A DNA stretch of 64,000 bases from Octopus vulgaris. Lineage: Eukaryota. Each line of letters opens with the position of its first letter. The stretch's first letter is position 1. The translations under genes and the position numbers were made by a program. The notes below the pieces were generated by a model. The model was not told the DNA's origin. It saw only the letters and a program-made list of their open reading frames with translations, and did no database searches. This document shows, in pieces, positions 14,166-27,611 of this stretch. Location: positions 161,448,001 through 161,512,000 of the forward strand of contig OX597817.1 of NCBI GenBank assembly GCA_951406725.2, in the 5' to 3' direction.

Positions 14166-14226
14166 TCATCATCATAATAAAAATAATAATAATAAAAAAA
14201 AATATATATTTATTTTGTCATTTCAG

Positions 14227-14301
14227 GAAGGTGAAATTGATGGACAACCTGAGAGACGAGGTTTGTTCCCAGTCAGTTTTGTCACCATGCTACCTAACTG
14301 A
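14227..14301 (+). CDS. ASAP: ASAP-family ArfGAP terminal coding exon (EGEIDGQPERRGLFPVSFVTMLPN*)
   Basis: tttcag acceptor, phase 0. Completes the SH3 and resembles the ASAP1 C-terminus GHIEGQPERKGVFPVSFVHILSD. TGA at 14299-14301. Confidence 0.93.
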   Translation, partial: EGEIDGQPERRGLFPVSFVTMLPN

Positions 14302-14781
14302 CCCATCCGTTCCCAGACAGATACACTGTAAGCTGGCTTCCACTGCTGTGAAAGAACAAGCCCAGAACTGGCCAGATATAAAGTCACAATCTACAACCGG
14401 CCTTTTCTTAGTTACAGCCATCTATTTTTGGATTAGAAAAAAAAAGGACTCAGCAGATAACTCTAATCAACTCAGTAGCTGGCGCTATAATCTTAGGGCA
14501 GATTCATCATCAGGCAGTTTTGGTTTTTTTTTTTTTTTTTTCAATGTTGAATGCTCTGTTACCACATTTGGCAACTTTTCATGATCTCTTTGTGTATATA
14601 TATATATAATATTTCAGTTGGTACTGACACACTGCTTCTTCACTGACAGGAAGATAAAAATTAGTTGGGTTTTTTTTTTTTTTTCAAATGGAGTAAAGGG
14701 GAAGGTGTTGGAGTAAAAATTTTCTGACAGAAATAGTCAATATACAACCACATATGACCACACAAATACACACATCCATAC

Positions 14782-14869
<88 letters not shown>

Positions 14870-14908
14870 ATATATGTAGTAATTATTTATGTATATATAT
14901 ATATATAT

Positions 14909-15038
14909 TTTATTATATAGAAGGAGCTTCTACAGGACTAGAACTGTTTCATTCAAAAGAAATCATCAGGAAGCTTCCTGATGATTTCTTTTGAATGAAA
15001 CAGTTCTAGTCCTGTAGAAGCTCCTTCTATATAATAAA
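14909..15038. repeat. Perfect 130-bp palindrome centred on AAGCTT, likely an inverted Penelope-like terminus
   Basis: Base x pairs with base 29947-x without mismatch from 14909 to 15038, with no loop. Confidence 0.95.
14972..15022 (+). ncRNA. Type I hammerhead ribozyme motif (mirror copy on - strand at 14925-14975)
   Basis: Stem I AGCTTC(14972-77)/GAAGCT(15017-22). Core CTGATGA 14978-84. Stem II TTC-TTTT-GAA with a U.U closing pair. GAAA 14997-15000. Stem III ACAG/CTGT. GUA cleavage triplet, predicted cut after 15016. Confidence 0.7.
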
Positions 15039-15104
15039 TTAATTTACTCTGCTATGTATTGAGTACCTTATTGACTGTGGTTAATCCCGACTCAACCCGG
15101 GACC

Positions 15105-15106
<2 letters not shown>

Positions 15107-15152
<46 letters not shown>

Positions 15153-15187
15153 TGTATGAATGTATGAATATATGTATGCATGTATGA

Positions 15188-15238
<51 letters not shown>

Positions 15239-15268
15239 AGCATGTACATATATATGTGTATGTATGTA

Positions 15269-15357
<89 letters not shown>

Positions 15358-15995
15358 GTATGATGTATATATATGTATGCATGTATGTATATATATATAT
15401 GTATGAATGTATGTATGTATATATATATGTATATGTACATTTGTATATATATATGTATGTATGTATATATATATATATATATATACATTTGTATATATAT
15501 ATGTATGTATATATATATATATATATATATATACATTTGTATATATATATGTATGTATATATATATATATATATATTGTATGTATATGTGTATATGTGTG
15601 TATATATATATGTGTATATATGTATTTATATATGTATATATATATACACCTATATATATGTATGTATATATATACATATGCAAATATATGTTAGTATATA
15701 TGTATGTATATATATATATATACATATGCATATATATGTTAGTATATATGTATGTATATATATACATGTATATGTATGTAATATATATACATATACATGT
15801 ATATATGTATATACATGTATGTATATATATACATGTATATGTATACATATATATGTGTGTGTGTGTACGTATGTATGTGTATATATGTATATATATGTAT
15901 GTATATATGTGTATATATGTATATATATGTATATATATGTACATATATAATATTTATGTGTATATGTGTGGGTGTGTGTTTGTATATATACATAT
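15107..15995. repeat. Compound (TA)n/(TATG)n microsatellite
   Basis: About 900 bp of AT/ATGT repeats; the source of the poly-YI ORFs. Confidence 0.95.
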
Positions 15996-16766
15996 ATTCA
16001 TACTTCTAAATAGGAAAACAAAAATATTTGTGAGAAATCCTCTGGAATTTTCTGAATATTTCTTTAATCTTCAACCATATCAAGCCAAAAATTTTAGACA
16101 CTTTGAAATGGTTTTTTTTTCCTTTTCTTTGTATTAATTACCCTATTAATCAACAATTATTAATCATGTCTTGTAGAGGACCTGCTTTTTAATACATGTT
16201 TGCACTGGATACATGCAGCAAAAATATGATGCATTCATTTGTTGTTGTGAATACATGTGACTTCATGCAGCATGCATCCTCACTTGTCCTTCCTGTTGGT
16301 TTACAGTGGGCCATGAGGTTAATACCTTAATACCCATGTGTCAGAGGCTTTGCTATGAAACAGGAAGCCAACATGTGATAGACATTTGTCAGATTTTTAT
16401 TAAACTAATTGTAGTCAAAATGAACGCTGTGTTGGTACGGCGTAAAAGGAAACATGTTTATCTGAGACAGCATAGCTATGTGCCTAAAAGTAATTTCAGT
16501 GATACATGTTGTCAACTTAATGGTAGAACATGTATCTTGGCTACACTTAATGAACAAGTAACTGTACCATATCATTTTAGAGACAAGTTGTCTTTTGTGT
16601 ATATGTATATATATATATATATATATATTTTGTGACATTTGGTTGATTTTAAAATAAGTACAAAAAATACATTAATACAAAGTTACATCATTGATTCCGA
16701 CAACACACACACATTCCATTTATATTGAAAACTGATATATATATACATACATGCATGTATGTATAT

Positions 16767-16824
<58 letters not shown>

Positions 16825-16894
16825 CATATTTGTGTGTGTGTGTATCTCTATATAAATAGACTGTTGTGCACATGTGTGTATATATATATGCATA

Positions 16895-16946
<52 letters not shown>

Positions 16947-17025
16947 TAAATGTGTAAATATTTTTCTTTTGCAACTTTTAGCCTGTCCCCTGTAGAGTAC
17001 AGTAGGTTAATTTTAGTTATATTAC

Positions 17026-17062
<37 letters not shown>

Positions 17063-17265
17063 CATCTATACTCTTTTACATCTAGCTTATCACATGGTGT
17101 ACACCCTGTTACCTATAATTATTATACACACGTGTATATAGATGTAATGTGTAAATGAATATATATAATATAAAGGGAAAGTTTACGAAAATAAACAAAA
17201 GATGAAGGCAGGTGGTGTACAAAACAAACAGATGTATTAGTATAATGCTCAGGAATAGAAAAAGT

Positions 17266-17301
17266 CTTTTACGTTTCGAGCCTACGCTCTTCTACAGAAA
17301 G
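17266..17301 (-). ncRNA. Minimal hammerhead-like motif (Penelope-type) with one core substitution
   Basis: Minus strand reads CTTT-CTGTAGA-A-GAGC-GTAG-GCTC-GAAA-CGTA-AAAG: stem I, stem II and a palindromic ACGT in place of stem III. Confidence 0.5.
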
Positions 17302-18189
17302 GTACACAGAAAAAACAAGGAGAGAAAAAAAATGTATGTGTAGTTGCTAACAATCTATCATGGCGTATATATAATATACAAACATACACAGCCATATATA
17401 CATACATACCTATAAATATTGGAAGTTGTTAAGCTATCAACAAGCAAAAATAGGCAAGCTGGCCAGGGACTATTAACATCACATGTTTTATGTGAGAACA
17501 TCATTTCCCATGTGGACTTTTACATACATGCAAATGCATTTATTTATATATAAAGACAAAACACAAATGAGTTAAGGTTCACTACAGCTGTTTCTGACAC
17601 TTTTTTTTTGTTGTTGATAAATAATTCTTATTACATCATGGAAAAACCTCGTTTCAAATTAGAAACTTAAAATTTGGTTATGAAAAAATACCAAGATGTG
17701 GAAAGCGTTGTGACCCTAACTTGGTGTCCTTAATTTTAAAATACCTTAATTCAAATAATCTTACAAATAATTACTTATATATACATAGATATATATATCA
17801 CGTGATCATGTTACTGACCAAGCTATCAGATATTGTTACACATCACTGGTCACAATGCGTTATTGCATTGTTTTAGCCTTCAAGCGACACCACCATGCTG
17901 GCTAGGCGAGCAGGCCAAAATTCCCTGCTGATCGAAAGGCAGACTGAAGCAACGTGAAATGAAGTGTTTTGCTCAAGAACACAATGTGCTGCCCAGTCAG
18001 AGAATCAAACCCACAATCTAGCAATCATGTGTGCACTATATATATATATATATATATATGCATAAATGCGCATATATATATATAAGGTAACAAACAAAGG
18101 AAAAGAATTCCTTCAAAGGAGCATGTAAAACATCCAATTCATTGCTACGTCAGTTGAATACCACATAAATATGGGTATAATGCTAATTA

Positions 18190-18650
18190 CAAATAATAAA
18201 TTAAATAGAGAGATGTAATTAGCAATCCAATAATTTATCTATATTATAACATTAATATACTATGAATATAATATAATACAGGGTGATTCAAAAGTCGCCA
18301 TGCATAAGAACAATTTATTTTTTATATGAAACAGTTTTTTTTATATTTAACTGTTTCTTATAAAAAAATAAATTTTTCCTATATATGGTCAATTTTGAAT
18401 CACCCTGTATAACATAAACAATTATTTAAACAACTAAAAAAGCCAACAATTTGTTTTGACTTATATACATTTTTTTTTACATACAAACAATTCAATTCCC
18501 ATGTATATAAGTCGAAACAAATTGTTGGCTTTTTTGGTTGTTTAAATGATTGTTTGTGTTATATTATATTCATAGTATATTATGCTATATTATAACATTA
18601 ATAAATTATTGGATTGTCAATTGAATCTTTCTATCTAATTTATTGTTTAT
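18190..18650. repeat. Long imperfect inverted repeat interrupted by a TA-flanked MITE
   Basis: aaagccaacaatttgttttgacttatatacat pairs with atgtatataagtcgaaacaaattgttggcttt; the outer arms also pair. Confidence 0.7.
18279..18407. mobile_element. Tc1/mariner-type MITE (129 bp)
   Basis: TA-CAGGGTGATTCAAAA ... TTTTGAATCACCCTG-TA: TIRs with TA target duplication. Confidence 0.8.
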
Positions 18651-18674
18651 ATATATATTCTTTTATCTTTCGTG

Positions 18675-18885
18675 CTTTTACTTGTCTCAGTCATTTGACT
18701 GTGGCCATGCTGGAGCTCGACCTTTAGTCAAGCAAATCGACCCCAAGGCTTCTTCTTTGTAAGCTCAGTACTTATTCTATCGGTCTCTTTTGCCGAACCA
18801 CTAAGTTACGGGGCCATAAACACACCAGCATCGGTTGTCAAGCGATGTGGGGGACAAACACACACACACAAACATATACACATAA

Positions 18886-18959
<74 letters not shown>

Positions 18960-19120
18960 CAGGCTTCTTTTAGTTTCTGTCTACCAAATCCACTCACAAG
19001 GCTTTGGTTGGCCTGAGGCTATAGCAGAAGACACATCCCCAAGAGGCCACTAAATGGGACTGGATCCAGAACCATGCGGTTGGTAAGCAACCTACTTACC
19101 ACACAGCCACTCCTGCACCT
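18675..19120 (-). mobile_element. SINE family B copy
   Basis: Homologous to 39617-40006. Confidence 0.8.
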
Positions 19121-19153
19121 ATTTCGAGCTCACAATTCCCCTACACTACTACC

Positions 19154-19208
<55 letters not shown>

Positions 19209-21537
19209 ACAGGCATCTAGGCATAAGCATAACAGTGTGTGTCCATTGACTCACTTGAATTTGACAATTTTTTGTTGTTCATCCTGCAGGATATCCAAAC
19301 ATCACCTCCCTTGCCAAGGAAGCTTTGTTGCTAGGTTTCTCACTCATAACCTCTCCCTGCACAGGTTGTATTTGTTTACATGGTTATGAGTAGCAGATCT
19401 CTGCTTTTATATATGCAGGTACAACATGAATTTTCCAGAACTTTTGGCTCCAAAGCCTTTCTGGATTGCCTAATTTTTTCCCCAAATTAGTGCTGGTCGC
19501 CTTTGTCTACATACTTTAAGTCAAACAAATATTAAATTTACTTGAATAATTAAATGAAATACAGGTATCTGTAAATTCCATACCATCAGTGTGCAGAAAG
19601 TTGGTGTTGTACTTGTGTGTATGTGTACCATTAGAGTATGATGCGTTGTCTATAAAGCTAAGGGCCTTATGGATGTGAAACCATTGGTCACTTTATGACT
19701 GGACATATATTTAACTGCATGTAATATATATATATATGGGTGATGGATGGATAGAATCCTTCAACCTTCTGCAACATGCTTTACAATGTAGAAGTATGGT
19801 CCTTTACTTTCTGAGTTCAAATCCTGCCAAAGTCAGCTTTACTTTTCAATCTTTCAGGGTCAGTAAAATTACAGAACTAGTCATGTACCGGGGCCGATGG
19901 CATCAGCTAACACCCTTCCCTCAAAGGTGCTCGCCTTGAGTCTACATTTGAAGCCTAGCAGAATTGTTTGAACATTAGAAAAAAATTACTTGTAAAGCAT
20001 TTCTTCTGACTCCTTATTTTCTGATTTCAAGTTCTCTTGAGGTCACCTTCGCCCTTCATCCTTTCAGGGTCGATAAACTAAAGTAACAGTCATCTACTGG
20101 GGGGCAATGGTATCAATTAACCCCTCCTCTCAAATATTGCTGGCCTTGTGCTTAAATCAACAGCAGGCTGGCAGAATTGTTAGCGTGTCAGACAAAATGA
20201 TTAATAGCATTTTATCTGTCTCTTTACATTATGAATTCAAATGCTGACAAGGTCAACTTTGCCTTTCATCCTTTCGGGGTTGATAAAATAAAGTACCAAT
20301 CAAACACTGGAGTCAATGTAATTGACTAACTCCCGCCTGCTAAAATTGCTGGCCTTGTGCCAAAATTTGAAACTGGTCCATTGGGAAAGTCATTTGGACT
20401 TTGAGTGGAACACACCATACTTTAACGTGTATAAGGAACCCTCAAATTTTGGGGGTTTAAAATTTGGAAAAAGGGTTTTGTAAGGGATTAGGTAAATTTT
20501 GATAAGAGCACCTACACTTATTTTGTAATGTGCTTCATTTTTGTGTGGGAAGAGAGAAAGGGAGAGAGATGAGAGACTATGGATATTGTAAGAAAGAAAG
20601 GGCCTGCTATGAAAGAGAGGGGAGACATTTTAAATACAATATAGAACTTTTGTGTTAATACAAAAATATGGATTTAACAGTCTCAGTGAGCACGAGTATG
20701 TATTGTTTGGCAAATGATTGTTATTTGTGATGGCCGCTTTATGTGCATGTCATCGCTTGACAAACAGATAGTGACTCATTCAATAGGATGTCGCAACTCG
20801 TTGGGTGTTGGCCTAAGGTTTGCGATGTTGTAAGTTATGGAGATTTGAGGTTCAAAAAAATAAGAAACTCCCATATTTTTTTAACTCATTTTTGATAAAA
20901 AATGGGTTCCTTAAACATGTTGAAATACGGTATTTTGAAATTTTTTCTAACTTTCTTAGTTCTGAGTTCAAAGTCCACTGCAGTCACGTTGCTGTTGTGT
21001 AGACACCCCCAGACGATGACGTAGGCTAGCCCGATACGTAGATTATAGAGGGAGAAGCCTAGACATCAAGAGTAGAGAGTAGTAGAGTAGAATGGAGTTG
21101 AGTTGAGTAGAAGGCATCCGAACGTGCGACATAATAGTTACCTTCAATTCCTTCAGTGTTGATAGATATAGTACAATGCCAGCACTAATACAGCCGACTT
21201 TCCCTCCAACTTTTACATCCCTATGTTCTACTAGGTCAAGTGGTCAAGAGCAGGAGTGTTAAAGAGGATGTCTGTGTCTGATGAATATGTGGTGGCATAA
21301 ACCATTGGTAAAAGAATGCTATGTGCCAATAACATATCTTGGAAAAGCAAACAAGGCCCTTAATTTCATTTCTAATGTGTGTGTTTAAATGCATGTGGAT
21401 ATTTGTATGGATGTGCATGCATATGTATGTATTCATATGCATGTATTTATGTATGTGCATGTATGTGTGTGCATATATATATGTATATACATGTAGATAT
21501 TTGTATATAATTTATACATGTTTATACATGATTGCAC

Positions 21538-21598
<61 letters not shown>

Positions 21599-21774
21599 CA
21601 AAATGAAGGTAAGAATGCAAAACATCCAGAAGACGATACAAAAAACACGGACGGGTCATTCGAAGCTTTTAATCTTCTGTCAAGAACCGGCGCATCCTCG
21701 CAATTTCGGCTGATTAATCTTGAGATTGCTCCAATCTGGCCAGCCCCAGTGTATATATACATACATATACATAT

Positions 21775-21817
<43 letters not shown>

Positions 21818-22902
21818 TATATAATGAATGAGGGAAACAGAAAATGGGGTTTACGAGAATCTTTATTCATCATAACTCCATTTTCCATTTCCCTCATTCA
21901 TTATAAACTGCAGGATTCCTGAGGTAGATCCAGTGACACTTATATCACAACTGTGGATGACATCAGGTAGCCTAAACAGCAAAAGAGCTTTAATCAGCAT
22001 ATTAGTAACCATATACCCGAAGTCCAAATAATTATATATATACATAATGTAGTTGAGTATTATATCTTCAGTTTATGACATATAACTGGTCAGAAAGTAA
22101 CCATAGCATATCACAATATAGATGACTACATAAAATATAACTGCTCAAAATTTCAGTTAGAGTGTGCTTTTTTTGGACTTAGGAGCAACTGAACAATCTT
22201 TACACACACACACTTACAAAAAAAATAAATGCGCCCTTTTTTTTTTAAAGCCTAGCCAGGCTCATGGGCCCAGTTTCCTGGTTTCTATGGCGTATGTGTT
22301 CGCCAGCTGGACGGGATGCCAATCCATCGCAGCGTTACTCATTTTTGCCAGCTGAGTGGACTGGAGCAATGTGAAATGAAGTGTTTTGCTCAAGAACACA
22401 ACGCGTCGCCCGGTCCAGGAATTGAAACCGCAATCTTACGATCATGGTGGTGGCACCCTAACCACTAAGCCACGTGCCTCCACCACACACACATATAGGC
22501 AAACATTAAACAATGATGCTGATATATGATGCATACACACTCAAACACTTGTATGTACAACATCATATTGCCATGTGCACTTCTTTATCACCTACTTTTC
22601 AGTCGGTTTCTGGTGAAGGCCCTCAAAACAACAGATTGAAGCTGAGCTGAGAGCAAACATACAACAACAACAACAGCAAAGAAACAAATGAATGTTCAAA
22701 GCTAAATCCTGCTTATTCCTGTCATTGTGTATCCATGGCATTCTCTGCAAAAATTCATTAGAATCAGTCGGTGATTTTATCACCCTGACTGAAATACAAA
22801 TTGACCTTTTTTTCTTGCTTGATATTACAATATTTCTGGAGTTTTTTGTAAATTATACCGAAACAATTTCGAAGATTTTACATACATGTGTGTGTAAAGG
22901 TG

Positions 22903-22957
<55 letters not shown>

Positions 22958-23306
22958 ATATATGTATGTATTCGAGGGGATCATGAGTTCAAAATAATCT
23001 ATTGCCTGGCCACTTAGAATAAAGAGCTCAAAGATAAGTCTGAGTGTGAATAAAATATATTTAGTCCATAATTATTAGTCTGACAAAATATATATTTTGT
23101 CTGACTAATGACTATGGACTTAATATATTTTATGTGTACATATAAACATATATGATTGTATGTATATACATATATATGTATATGTCTTTATACATATATC
23201 TACATATATATGTATATGTATATATATATCTGCATATATATGTGTATATGTGCATATATATGTGTATATCATTATATATATATATATATATACATACACA
23301 TATTTA

Positions 23307-23356
<50 letters not shown>

Positions 23357-26300
23357 TGTACATATATGTATATATTTATGCCTATTTATTAGTTGTAAAG
23401 CTACTTAAATTGCTTAAGTGCCCAGTGTTTCATGCAAGGCACTTATCAAAGTGTTTGGGCCGTGTCTCTATACAAGTAATATTATAAAGAAATTTATATA
23501 TACTGCACTTTATAAAATGAGTTCTGTTTCTCTCTCTTCCCAACCATGCACCTAACTTTAGGCTCAATCCTATTGAGCAGGACCTTGAGCATAAACCTAT
23601 GTCGTCTGCTGTAGCCCTGGGCTGGCCAATACCTTGAGTGGACTTGTTAGAAGGAAAATGAAAAAAGCCTCTCATATATAATATATACATACATATGTGT
23701 GTATTTGTGTCTCCGTGTCTTGATATCACATACTAGTTGTAAACACATATACATATATATATATATACATACATACACACATATATATATATATAAATAT
23801 ATATATATATTGTACAGATGTAAATAACGACTGTGTGGTGAACAAGATCACTTCAGTAGCGCATGGGTCTAGATTATGTTCTACCATTTGGCAGGCACCT
23901 TAGGCAAGAATTTTCATCTGCAGCCTTAGATTGACAGATATAATGTGCATAGGTTCAGGTGCTGGGTTGCAAGCACAACCCTGAAATTTTTGGTGGGCAT
24001 TGAATACACTTTGTTGGCATTGAACAACATCCTGCAAAATTGGGTCTGCCACCTGCTAAGCAAATTTCAGTCCCAGACTCAACAGTACAGAACAATCCTC
24101 TCTGCATGTGTGTGTGTGTGTTTACTTGTTTATGTTTTACATTAGATAATAACCGGTGTCAATGCTTACGTCCTATAACTTAGCTGTTTGACAAATAAGG
24201 AAGCATACCATAAATGCCAGTCGGACATACATACAGGGTTTCCTTATAAATGATTACAGCTTTTAAAGCAATCCCCAAGAATGGCAACAATTCAGCGATA
24301 TATAATGTATAAAAAAATAAATAAGTAAACATTTGTGTGTGTGTGTCTGTGTATATACATATATATGCGTGTATATATATACACACACATGCATACATGT
24401 ATATATAACTAATGTACATATAAATGTATGTGTGTGTGTGTGTATATATATTATATATATATATTTATAAATAAATACACACATGTAATAGGACTATAAA
24501 TATATATATATACATTATACTGTGTATTATATATGTATGCATATAGTATATATATAATACAAATATACATTTTATAACATATCATATGATGTCTATGCAT
24601 ATTTATACTACTAATATGCATACATATATATATATATATATTATGGAACATATATACATTATTTAGTATATGTTATATATATCCTATACATATTATATAT
24701 ATTGTATATTATTTTATGTCCAATTTACTTTGTGTAATATGTATTTCATAATATATATTATGCATTATTTAACAAGTATATAATACACTTTACATAACAT
24801 CTGTCAGTGAAATTTACTCCACATTGTAAACAAAATATAAAAAAAAGCAAAGAAAAAAGATCAAAAGTAAAATTTTTGAAAAAATAATAATTTTTTTTAA
24901 CTACATAAATATTGAACCAAAATTGAATGGTGGGCGGTGTGGGACAGGTGGGTGGGTTTTGGGGTGGGAGATAGGGGATTGTTGGTTTTGTAGAAAATGG
25001 AAACCAAAAAGTGGAGATTTTGCCAAATCAAAACAAGAATCAAAGAAACATTTTTATATTCTGTATGAAGAAAAAAAAAATTGAAAAATTACGTAATAAA
25101 TAAAGCCAAAAAAAATATTTAAAAAAAGACTTCCCAAAATGTCAGACTCTGCTGTTAAGGAAAGGTATGGAACAAAATTTCTCAATTCGGTGTTCAGGAA
25201 GAAGAATGTGATGATGATGGTGGTGATGATGATGATGACGGTGATGACGACAATGATTATGTTGATATTGGTGGTGGTGATGATGATGACGACGACGACG
25301 ACGATGATAACGATAATGAAGAATTAGAACTTCACAGCTTCAAACTGTTTGATATCATTTGTTTTTTGTTTTTTTTTTAATCCTGCGCTGCAAAAAAAAA
25401 AAAAAATTAATAATATTAAATAAAATTGAAATAAAAAGAAATAAAACAAGCTATTTAAATTAACAAAAGGGGAATATATAATATACATATATATGCATAA
25501 AAAAAAAAGAACCAAAAAACACAAAAATGAAAACTAGAAATCTGCATCCACTCACACCACACCCCACTTACTGCTACCACCATTTTAGAAACTGGATTTG
25601 CTCCCCATTCTGTCCCCTTTCTTTTTCCTTCTCCTCCCCATTCAGGCCAGTCTTCTTTCTCTCACTCTCCCCCTATATATCTTTTTGTTCATTTCAGCTC
25701 TAACGACTACAATTGCTGTTGCCATGGCCACCACCACTTTTGCCAAATCTTTTTCCAGTAAAGCTAATTGAATATTAAAAAAGTAGACAATTGACCATTT
25801 TACATTCGGATTATTCTGTCAAACGTAAAGCTTGTTTATTTTTTGAACGACATTGTAGGGTTGACCATGAGAGGCAGGGTCTGGTCAGTTTGAACTTGAA
25901 ACAGGTAGAATATCTGAGCTGGATATAACCAATTTAAATGGCATCGGTTTAACCATTGAACATTGATATTACTTTGTCAAATGTAATGCTTATTTATTCA
26001 CATTGTTTTGACTTCATCATATAATTACCTTGTTGCTTGAAGGTTTCGGTGATGTGATTATTTATTTTTAGAATGACATTGTTGGGTAGGTGTGAAAGGC
26101 CAGATCTAGCTGGTTTGAACATAAACTGGGTAGAATATTTGGGTTGGATATGGCTTCTTCAAATGCTAAAGGGTTAATTGATGACAGCTGATCCTACTTT
26201 CTTTCCAAAACATTTGTACACACACACACACACACACATACACATACACATGGACATGTGCTCACACTCCTGTTCGCTCAACAGAGATGTATTCCCACTC

Positions 26301-26726
26301 ATGCATACGTATGCACATTCATGTATGTGTGTGCACTGAATCACCATATATAGGTACAGGTACATGGTGTACATATATGAAATCAGTGCTCCATCTGTGT
26401 GTGTGTGTTTGAATAACCTGTTTCCATGAATAAGAACATCCTATAAGCACATACATACACATACATGAATGTGTGTGCTTAATTAACTGGAATCAGCAGA
26501 GTTATGTTTCTTATTCTGGGACATAGTACAATGAGAGATTTGGAATCCTGATAATTTGGTCAGTAGTCCAGAACCATAGTAATAATAATAATAATAATTT
26601 AAAAAAGGATTGACGTTACTCCTCACAAAGGTAAGCAATCAAGACGAAGAGCGCAATTCGGTTGTAAGATATTTTATTGAACGGTATTAATAATAATGAT
26701 AATGGTGGTGGTGATGATGATAGTTT

Positions 26727-26817
26727 GCTTGCATGGCTCAATTAGTAGAGCATCAGATTTTTATGTACTCTAATGTTGTTTTGCACTAGAGTACGGGCTC
26801 AAGTCCCTCTACAAGCA
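26727..26817 (+). pseudogene. tRNA-Lys(TTT)-like sequence with rearranged anticodon/variable region
   Basis: TGGCTCAATTAGTAGAGCATCAGATTTTTA...GGGCTCAAGTCCCT compared with tRNA-Lys TAGCTCAGTCGGTAGAGCATCAGACTTTTA...GGGTTCAAGTCCCT. Acceptor stem GCTTG/CAAGC; T6 run just downstream. Confidence 0.55.
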
Positions 26818-27210
26818 GAGTATTTTTTGTCAAAGTACACCTGAGCACTGTATATAATAAGCTTGTTGTTGTTGTTATTATTAAGGTGGTGAGCTGGCAG
26901 AATTGTTAGCTTAGTGGCATTTTGTCCACCTTTGATGTTCTGAGTTCAAATTCCACTCATGTTGACTTTGCTTTAAACCTTTTCAAGGTCGATAAATTAA
27001 GTACCATGTTAGCTGAATCAAACTAAATGAACTCTCTCTCACACACACACATATGTACACACAAAAGCAAACACAGTCCAAACATACATTATACATACAT
27101 GCATGTATACACACTTACTCATGTACAAACATGCACACACATATATACATGCGCATACTTTCTACACATACTTATGCATTATGCACACACACATTTCGAA
27201 AATACATACA

Positions 27211-27611
27211 TAGGCACAGGAGTAGTTGTGTGGTAAGTAGCTTGCTTACCAACCACATGGTTCTGGGTTCAGTCCCACTGTGTGGCACTTTGGGAAAGTG
27301 TCTTCTGGTATAGCCACGGGCTGACAAAAGCCTTGTGAGTGGATTTGGTGGACGGAAACTGAAAGAAGCCCATTATATATATATGTGTGTATATATATAT
27401 ATATATGTATGTATGTCTGTGTTTGTACCCCCAACATAGCTTGACAACTGATGCTGGTGTGTTTACGTCCCCGTAACTTAGCGGTTTGGCAAAAGAGACC
27501 GATAGAATAAGTACTAGGCTTACAAAGAATAAGTCCTGGGGCTGATTTGCTCGACTAAAGGCGGTGCTGCAGCATGGCCACAGTCAAATGACTGAAACAA
27601 GTAAAAGAGTA
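27211..27611 (+). mobile_element. SINE family B copy
   Basis: Reverse-complement homologue of 39617-40006. Confidence 0.8.

Noticed and set aside
14299-14331. TGA-C stop readthrough of ASAP
   Set aside because: Weak context, only a 9-aa extension, and no supporting evidence.
13871-14584. 237-aa poly-Leu ORF and antisense poly-Arg ORF
   Set aside because: Translations of the (CTT)n repeat; the real exon (14227-14301) is in another frame.
15052-16137. Long Tyr/Ile-rich ORFs
   Set aside because: Artefacts of TA/TATG microsatellites; similar ORFs occur at 16.7, 21.4, 23.1 and 24.3 kb.
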